In this document: in pieces, positions 55,390 through 64,000 of the stretch
Numbering within the stretch: the stretch's first letter is position 1
Layout of the letters: each line of letters opens with the position of its first letter
Assembly (NCBI RefSeq): GCF_006345805.1
Contig: NC_043000.1
Span: forward strand, 35,960,001 to 36,024,000
DNA: 64,000 bases
Source of the DNA: Octopus sinensis
Lineage: Eukaryota
Reading direction: 5' to 3'
Notes under the pieces: generated by a model
The model's database searches: none
Told to the model about the DNA's origin: nothing
What the model saw: the letters and a program-made list of their open reading frames with translations, nothing else
Program-made: the position numbers and the translations under genes

Positions 55390-55664
55390 CACGCAGACCT
55401 GTTTCTACTGCACACCTACTTACACACCACATGCCCGTGCAAATGCACACACGCTTTATTCCACGCGCAGCTTATACTAAATACATCCAGACATACACGT
55501 GTTTCAATGCATGAGTGTGTGTGTGTGTGTGTACGTCCTTACGCGTATGTGCGTATTTGCATATGAAAAGCGGAATGTCTATATATGTGGATAATTTGAA
55601 ATACAATGCATTATGTACTTACTGATAAGCACGCAGTCTATAATATATATGTACAACTTGCCCG
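52801..55664. repeat. Near-identical 1.48 kb tandem duplication (52801-54182 and 54278-55664), units separated and flanked by (CTAT)n
   Basis: Unique sequence is identical apart from 1-bp indels and microsatellite length; ORFs 53212/54688 and 54124/55606 are duplicated in the track. Confidence 0.97.
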
Positions 55665-55745
<81 letters not shown>

Positions 55746-56092
55746 ATATGTCTATTTAAAATACGCATGTATCGTTATCACGCACGCGCGCTTGTGTGTG
55801 TGTGCTCATCTCTCTGTTTCTCAACACACACATGCGTGTAGACATACGATATCTCACTATATCGACATTTATTCCCCCCCTCCACACTTTTTATTGTGTT
55901 TTATCTTCTTTTGCTGTCGCACATTAAAGCAAGCTCGGTGTTAAAAACCTTATTAATTTTATTACTTTAAATAGTTAATTAGCAAAAATTCCTTCAACCT
56001 TGGATCGGTAACAAGTATCTTGTGAATGCTTTTACTTCAAACGCTGTTCGCTAAACTGCTTTCTTCAATGGCTGTCGTTCATTCGGTGCTCA

Positions 56093-56124
56093 TGACGTCA
56101 GCACTGACGTCAGAGAAAATGGCG
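56093..56124. promoter_or_regulatory. Candidate promoter module: two perfect CRE palindromes plus a YY1-like motif
   Basis: TGACGTCA at 56093-56100 and 56105-56112, AAAATGGCG at 56116-56124, in apparently non-repetitive sequence. Function not shown. Confidence 0.4.
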
Positions 56125-56659
56125 CACGTAAAACAAAGCTGTTAAAGCGAGTAGCGTTATTACAACCCAATAATTGAAGGCGATCCAAAACAACTCAATT
56201 CACGACATACTTTGTCCCCTCTTTCACTGGTTTTACTCACGCTTTCCCCCTCGATCGTGTTACGATGCACGCCAAAATGTGCAGAGTCTATTTCTAACAT
56301 TTAAAAAAAAAAATTAATTTTCTTTTGGTTTATGTATTTATTAATTTATTTGCTTATTTCTGTATTTGTTAAAGTAAGAAGATTGTAACCAAGGGATCTA
56401 ATTATACCTGATCGAAGTCAGTTCAACACATGAACAGGCTCTGTTTTATACCAAATATTTTATACCAAATATTTTATACCAAATTCCCTTTATCACCCAC
56501 CTTTCTGCCTCTCTTTTCCTTTCTCGCTCTTTCTCTGTGTCAGTCTCTCTGTCTCTCCTTTCTCTCCTTGGCTCCCGTTTTTTTCTTCACTCCCAATATA
56601 TTATCATCGTCTTCTATTGTCTTCATCATTGTCACGTCCTTATGACTTTCCTTTCCCTT

Positions 56660-56945
56660 CACGTCTCCTCTTCCACCACCTCTTCAACATCATCTCCGTC
56701 CTCATCATCATCTCCAATATCCTCCTCATCAGAACCACAATACTAATCGCCATCGTCATTGTCGTCATCGTCGTCATCATCATGATCTTCATGATCATGA
56801 TGATCAACGTCATCATCGTTATCCTCCTCCCCCTCGTCCTCCTCGTCCTCGTCTTCGTCGTCATCATGATCATGACCATCATGATCATCATCATGCTCAT
56901 CATCCTCATCATCATTATAATCATCATCATTATCATCTTCATCAT
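56660..56945. repeat. Degenerate (CAT/CGT/CCT)n trinucleotide tract
   Basis: Direct reading. Confidence 0.9.
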
Positions 56946-57967
56946 CACTACTCTCTGTGAATATTGTAAGATGCTGTTGTAAGTTGTCAAAGACAAATTG
57001 CCCTAGAAACTCACTCCTTACCATGCAACCAAATGATCCAAGACATTTCCGAACAATCCACCCCAATTAATCTCCTCTGTTGCCCCCCTCCTCACCCCGT
57101 AGAGGTGGGGGCCGTTCGGATCCCTTCATCATCGAGCTATTTACACTTCCCACCTGTCTCTCTAAACCTCTTCAAACACCTGATCATTACTTTCTATCTA
57201 CACCCCAATGTTCTTTAAAATATGGGACATTCCCTGTTCCAGTAATCCTTTCATCACCTGAAGCGATTCACTTGGTATTACCATTTTCATCTCCTCTGCA
57301 AAAAGGTCAAACATTTGGCAGCGACAATCCTACAACAAATTGGTGGTGAAGGGAAGGGTAGGTGCAGGATCGGATCATCTCTATATCCCGTGTTGTCTTT
57401 CTGTTTTAATATTTTTCAGATGTGTGGCAGCGGAACAAAAAAATGCTTAACCGCATTGCTTCTGGCCCTTTACGTTCTGAGATCAAGGCATGACTAATCT
57501 TAATTATTGGGACCACTTTAAAACATTGTAACTTCATTCTTTCCAGCGCCGCGGTGATCACTACAAAAATTGTACAATGTAGTAGGATATACCACCATCT
57601 TTGCCCAAACGACCTTAATGTTGGATTCAGAATACATCCAAGATCGGGGCCACGTGCCATACACCCCCTACACAATTCATGTTCACCAGACATAAATTCA
57701 CGGCAACACAATTTCTTTCCCTCAACAGATCCTGCTCCATTTAACATTATCCCAAAACAAATCAACGAAGAAAAAGACAGCATCACCTTTAAACGAAATC
57801 AGGAAAATTTCTTCACGGAACAACAACTCAGTCAACAACAACTCCCTACTTGAATGGGCCACGATACCACTAAACTAGACTTTAAAATGGCTGATCCTAT
57901 CAGGTCGTGCTTATAAGTTTGACATTACATGGGAAAATCTTTGACTGAAACATATCTAAGTAAATGT

Positions 57968-58088
57968 CGTCGAGGTCGACTTTACCTTTCGTCCCTTCTG
58001 GGTCAATAAAATAATTTGAGCTCTGGCATCGATTTGATCGATTTCCTCTTCCCCTCAAAATTGTTAACATTGTGCCAAAATTTGGAAG
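57968..58088 (+). mobile_element. SINE family B, degenerate
   Basis: CGAGGTCGACTTTACCTTTCGTCCCTTCTGGGTCAATAAA. Confidence 0.7.
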
Positions 58089-59173
58089 AAATGTTCTTCA
58101 GCTGTAATTATAACAATCTCCTTGTTCATTTGACGTGACTCACCGCATAATAGATCCTTCACTCATAGGGTCGGTTTCCTGGTTTCCGCAGCGCAAGTAT
58201 TATCTCGGTCTGTCGCAAGAACACTCATCTTTGCCAGCTGAGTAGACAGGTGCATTATTCCTATCAATGTTTCTGCAACACTATACACCTCGTCTACGTT
58301 TCTTCAAGAATTCCAGCGAAATGTTCGCCGTCCTCCTCGGAGGAATTATCATTTTACCTATATTATTTTCAACTCTGCTTCCTCTACATTTCTTCCTCGG
58401 TCGACAGCTATAAATTTTGCCGTCAGTTTTATATTTAAAACCTGTGTTAGACCAATTTTATATGATAAATATTTTAAAAAATCGCCTGCAATGAAATATA
58501 ACGTGTCCCGGTGATGTTTACCGCCTTGCGTCAATCTTTCGATACGGGTTCAAATTCTGACATAAATAAAATCTAATTAAATACGATAAATTAAAAAGAT
58601 AAGTGAAAAACAAAGAGGGGGAGGACCAATCAAGGACAAAAGTTCATAAAAACAACAGCAACAACAACAGTTAAATACCGCTTCACCAGCAAAAACAATT
58701 ACAAAAAAAAAAAGATTACTGTCTTCATTGTTTTAACTATTTAATTAATTCATGTTTAAATTAATTACTTAATTGTGTAATTAATTTAATTTTCTGTGAT
58801 TATATATATATTTGTCTATATATGGCGGCTGCTTACTGGGTTAATCTTCACTTCTTTCTCCCTTTCCATTTCTCGTTTTTTTGTTGTTGTTTAGTATATA
58901 TCTTCACAGGCACAAACATACATACGTATCACAGTCACACACACCACATACACACACATGCGCAAACAGACAAGTATGTAATCATATGTATATGAATATA
59001 TGTATGTAAAGATATATATATATATATATTTGTATATATATATATGTATATATACAGATATAATATATATATATTTACGCGTATTCACGTACACGCACAT
59101 GTATATACACAGAGACACAGAAAAAAATGCATTCGCACACACACACACTCACACACACACACGGACACACACA

Positions 59174-59213
<40 letters not shown>

Positions 59214-59888
59214 ACAAGTGTATTCATAACTAGAGATTATTCAACTTTCACCAATCATACAAATATTTGTCTGCCGTGTTTTCACACAGCCATCCATCGA
59301 TTCTTCCATTCATCCATGCACACACACACACACACACACACACCGATGTACAAGCATAACGGCATTCACGCACGTGTACACACACATATATACACACATA
59401 TACACATAACTCTATATACAAGTATATATAGATATATATATAATATGTAAAAAAAATATGTGTATATGTGTGTGTGTGTGTGTGTGAATTGCTGCTATTT
59501 ATTACTGGTTGTTTGTGTTATTGCTCCGTGGTAAAATTCAAGCGAAATAATAAAAGAGTTTCAAGGGAGATAACAAGAAGAAGAAGAAGAAAAAAAAACC
59601 TCGCGTAAAGCGTAGAACAAACAAATAAATATCGAAACCAAATATGAGATTGAGCAGGCTTGCAAACAGCAATCGACTCGTATTTATTGACACCGTTTTG
59701 AATTTATCTTTTATGAGATTATATGATATGCGCATACATACAACTTACGCACACACGCGTACATATAAATACATACATATATAGATACACACACACGCTT
59801 ATAGATATACATGCATGTGTGTGCGCGTGTCTATATATATACGCATTTTTTTTCTCTCCTTCTTTCTGTGTTTTTCTCTCTCTGTGTA

Positions 59889-59926
59889 TCTTTCTGTTGA
59901 AGAGCGTAGGCTCGAAACGTTAAAGA
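59889..59926 (+). ncRNA. Hammerhead-like motif (A6U core variant) in a short repeat
   Basis: TCTTT-CTGTTGA-A-GAGC-GTAG-GCTC-GAAA-CG-T-T-AAAGA. Confidence 0.5.
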
Positions 59927-60023
59927 CTTGTTTTATTTATATTTCCTGAGCGCCATACTAATACAATTGTTCGTTTGTCTTCCACCTGCCTTCGTCTTTT
60001 GTTTATTTTCATAAAGCTTCCCG

Positions 60024-60067
<44 letters not shown>

Positions 60068-60217
60068 ATATACATATATTTATAAAGCATTATATACACC
60101 ACAAAGCAATATATATAGAGCGTATACATAATACTATAAAATCGCATACCCGTATTGATATACATACATGCGTAAAGGTTCTCTACTGACTTATATGCAT
60201 ATATATGTATGGATATT

Positions 60218-60261
<44 letters not shown>

Positions 60262-60857
60262 TATATATATATGTGATGTATGTATGCATGTGTGTATGTA
60301 TGTATGCTGTATGTATTATATGTATGCATGCATTATATGTATTTATTGTATGTATGTATGTATGCATGTGTGTATGTGTGTATGTATGTATGTATGTATG
60401 TATGTGTATGTATGCATGTCTGCATGTATGTATGTGTGCATGTATGTATGTGTGTATGTATGTATGCGTGTGTGTATGTATGTATGTATGTATGTATGTA
60501 TGTATGTATGTATGTATGTATGTATGTATGTATGTATGTATGTATGTATGTATGTGTAGACACCTGATGTTTCTCCAGCAGCAAGTGGTTTATTCCTGGT
60601 GTTTAGGAAGTGATACGGAATAAGATTTCTAGAATGAGAAACCGAAAGTTCCATGAACCGGAAGTTGCGAGGTACATACTAACACGTACGATCACGCATG
60701 CGCACGCGCTCTCTCTACATATACACGCATATATATTCCGCCTTTCCTTCGTAGTCGTCATCAACTCCCTCCCCCACCATTCTTTTTCTTCTTCCCTTTT
60801 CTTCTTCCTCGCCTCTCTCTTTTGCCCCTATTGTTCCTAATATTCGTCATGTCGTAA

Positions 60858-61090
60858 ACACACCAACATCGGTTGTCAAGCGACGTTGGGTTCAAACACA
60901 GACACCCAAACATATACTCATGCATATATATATATATACACATATACGACGGGCTTATTCCAGTTTCCGCCTACCAAATCTACTCACAAGGCTTTGGTCA
61001 GCCCGAGGCTATAATAGAATGCACATGCCAAGATTCCACGGGACCATGTGGTTGGTAAGCAAGCTTCTTATCACAAAGCCACTCCTGCAC
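60858..61090 (-). mobile_element. SINE family A, internally deleted
   Basis: Reverse complement of the head and mid region of 6503-6905. Confidence 0.8.
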
Positions 61091-61812
61091 CTATATATAT
61101 GTATATATATATATATATGTGTGTGGTGTGTGTTGTGTGTGAGTGTGTGTGTGTGTAAGTATTTATGTATAAAAATTTACAATAGTGTTGGAAGCACTAG
61201 TAACTGGCTTAAACATCGCTGTGGTATAAAGTGATGTTTCCAGAAAACGTAAATGGCGAATATTGAAATTCCAAGATCGGCTGGTATTGTTTAATAGCCG
61301 CAAAGGTTACTAAGAACTTGTCTTTCGTAAGTTTCGGTGGCAAGACATTTGGTTTCTTTTGAAATTGATTTAAGTGTAGAATATTAGGAAACAATGTGTC
61401 CGCTGCCAGCACTGTGTGACCAGTCGACTTGCAGCAGTGTGTATAAAATGCCAGTTAATTACTTTCTCGCCCTTTCTTCGATATCCCCTGATAATGCGAC
61501 AACATATTTAAGTAAAACGACTCCCTTATTCGCAAAAATAGAATCTGTATTGGCAATTACGAAGCATTTCAGTATGTATTGTTGATAAGTACTGAGAAGA
61601 AAAGTTTAAAAAGGAAGACCGATGTTAGTACTGAAATATTCGGCGTGTGCTCAAATACCGATACACGGGCGAACAGATACACATGCATACACAAATAGAT
61701 ACATTCTTTCTCTCGCATACACACATGCACACAGCTATTGTATTTGCATAGACAGAGCTAGAGTGCTCAATACTTATATCAGAGCGATAATATGTGTAAC
61801 CATCTCTCCTCT

Positions 61813-61890
<78 letters not shown>

Positions 61891-61914
61891 TATATATATA
61901 TATATCTATTTACT

Positions 61915-62154
61915 CTTTCTTTTACTTGTTTCAGTCATTTGACTGTGGTCATGCTGGAGCACAGCCTTTAGTCGACCAAATCGACTCCAGGACATATTCT
62001 TTGTAAGCCTAGTACTTATTCTATGGGTCTCTTTTGCCGCGCCGCTAAGTTACGGGGACGTAAACACACAGCATCGGTTGTCAAGCGATGTTGGGGAGAC
62101 AAACACAGATACACAAACATATACACACACATACAGACATACATACATACAAAC

Positions 62155-62197
<43 letters not shown>

Positions 62198-62429
62198 TAT
62201 ATATATATATATATCTATAGATATATATATATAAAGGCAAAGAAAATTATAAAAATCAGAATGCTAAATTGAGGTAAATTTTAATGAAAATGGGTGTATG
62301 GAAAATTCAACAAAAAATTATTTTTGAATATTAACTCTAACCGGTTTCGTCGCAAGCCTATCATTTCTTAACGTGCAGTCAACACAACCCCACATTATAT
62401 ATATATATATATATATATAACACATATAC

Positions 62430-62478
<49 letters not shown>

Positions 62479-62640
62479 GACGGGCTTCTTTCAGTTTCCA
62501 TCTACCATATCCACTCACAAGGCTTTATTCGGCCCGAGGCTATAGTAGAAGACACTTGCCCAAGGTACCACGCAGTGGGACTGAACCCGGAACCATGTGG
62601 TTCGTAAGCAAGCTACTTACCACACAGCCACTCCTACGGC
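61915..62640 (-). mobile_element. SINE family A, full copy, interrupted in its central microsatellite by a PLE-tail remnant (62236-62395)
   Basis: Tail 61915-62160 and head 62475-62640 are both rc of 6503-6905. Confidence 0.85.
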
Positions 62641-62766
62641 TATATATCCATATACATTTATATATATGCACATATAGAAAAATACACATATATGATACAC
62701 ATGTGCATATGTATATATATGTATATTTACGCATATATATGGTGGTGGTGGTGGTGGTGGGTGTGT

Positions 62767-62801
<35 letters not shown>

Positions 62802-63234
62802 CTGTGTGTGTATAAAGTTTCAGACTAACCCTTCCCAAATTCGAAAAATAACACGAGAAATTTTTTCTAAATTTCACGAAATTTTCTGTTTTTTTGTTGC
62901 TAAACGTTTGTCTCCAACTGAGACGGAAATTGCAATAAATTACAAATTTATTGCGCATAGCATTCAGTATGTCACTCGGTTATTTAATATGATATAACTT
63001 ACAAAAGACATCGAAATTGTAAATGTCATGCTTTAAAGAAAAATAAGCAAATTTAAGCTAAAAAAAAAACAAAACAAATTTCAGCTCAAAATTTTACAGA
63101 ATAAATTCAGTAACATATAATGGTTAAAATCGTTGTAAAAAGGCATAGTTTATCACACACACACGCACACACCTCTCTCTCTCTCTCTCTTTCCTTCTCG
63201 CTGTCTTCCTCTCTCTTCCCCCTCTCTCTCTCTC

Positions 63235-63460
63235 GCAGCTGCCAGGTTTACGTCTTGCAAGTTATATGGTGACCCTGTTGGTGTTGGTGTCACATATCAA
63301 ACAGCAGTGGTGGATCCGTATAAAAAGCCCCTAGTTCACTCTGTTCAATTGTTGGTGTTAGGAAGGGCATCCAGAAGTAGAAACCATGCCAAAAGAGACA
63401 CTGGAGTCAGTGCAGCTCTCCGGCTTGCCAACTGCTGTCGAACCGTCCAACACTCGTTAA
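63235..63460 (+). mobile_element. Interspersed SINE-like repeat fragment
   Basis: GGTGTTAGGAAGGGCATCCAG..GTAGAAACC...CTGTCGAACCGTCCAAC is a motif I recognise from SINE-like repeats; no second full copy in the window. Confidence 0.4.
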
Positions 63461-64000
63461 ATTATGATGTCGACGACGACGATGACGATAATGATTATAC
63501 ATGTGTGTTCGTAAGATGCGATATTTCTTTGCTTAGAGTAATTAGATATATAAGATATAATGCAATGAGAACAACAACAGCAACTCTCGACTAGAAAGAC
63601 ATTTGACTGCTGTTTCTCGCAGTCCAGCCACAACGTAAAGGCAACCTACCATGTTTAACAATGAGGCGAGATTGAAGAAGTGTAGCTGCCACAAAGGAGC
63701 GCATTCATTGAGCTGAGCTTTAAGGTATTGGTGAAACATGCTGTTTAACACGAGGTTTCATTAATCAGAATTAAGATTAACGATAATCTAGATATGGCCA
63801 TTTAATCTTTTATTGAAGCAGTTTATCAAGGACAACGCTATGACGGAGACCTTCTATGTTTTCAGATGATTAAGTGTATTTGAGAGATATTTCGCTGCTA
63901 TTTCTATCGACCTTCTATATTATCTGGCGATAAAGCTAAATGGGTATGCAGAGTGTTTAGATCAGGTACGGGCAACCTCACTTGAGAAGCGAGCCGTATA

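Noticed and set aside
56743-57066. Acidic poly-D/E ORF on the minus strand
   Set aside because: Explained by the degenerate (CAT/CGT/CCT)n tract; several frames are open for the same reason.

Overview
Repeat-dominated, AT-rich animal genomic DNA. The SINE-like families and the very dense TA/CA/CTAT/TAA microsatellites look like Octopus or another coleoid cephalopod (inference). I found no host protein-coding gene, rRNA, tRNA or CRISPR array I can support; most ORFs in the track are microsatellite translations. The window holds Penelope-like elements (PLEs) of at least two lineages, two R4/Dong-type RLE LINE fragments (one flanked by TAA repeats on both sides), an RTE LINE with a 72-76 bp flanking duplication, a Tx1/L1 RT fragment, an APE endonuclease scrap, DD34D mariner, DD37D (maT) and DD41D-type Tc1/mariner relics, Helitron-like non-autonomous repeats and many tRNA-SINE copies. 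The most striking structure is a ~7.8 kb near-perfect palindrome (3.4 kb arms, 985 bp spacer) built on a young Neptune-type PLE. Each arm runs ~1.9 kb past the element's end, and reading frames are open on both strands across the inversion junction. Related features are a 774 bp palindrome and about ten minimal type I hammerhead-ribozyme (HHR) motifs, intact to degenerate, in PLE-derived foldback or direct-repeat units. Differences between the large duplicated segments are mostly 1-bp homopolymer indels and microsatellite length, so long-read or assembly artefact must be excluded first. All folds and alignments were done by eye.
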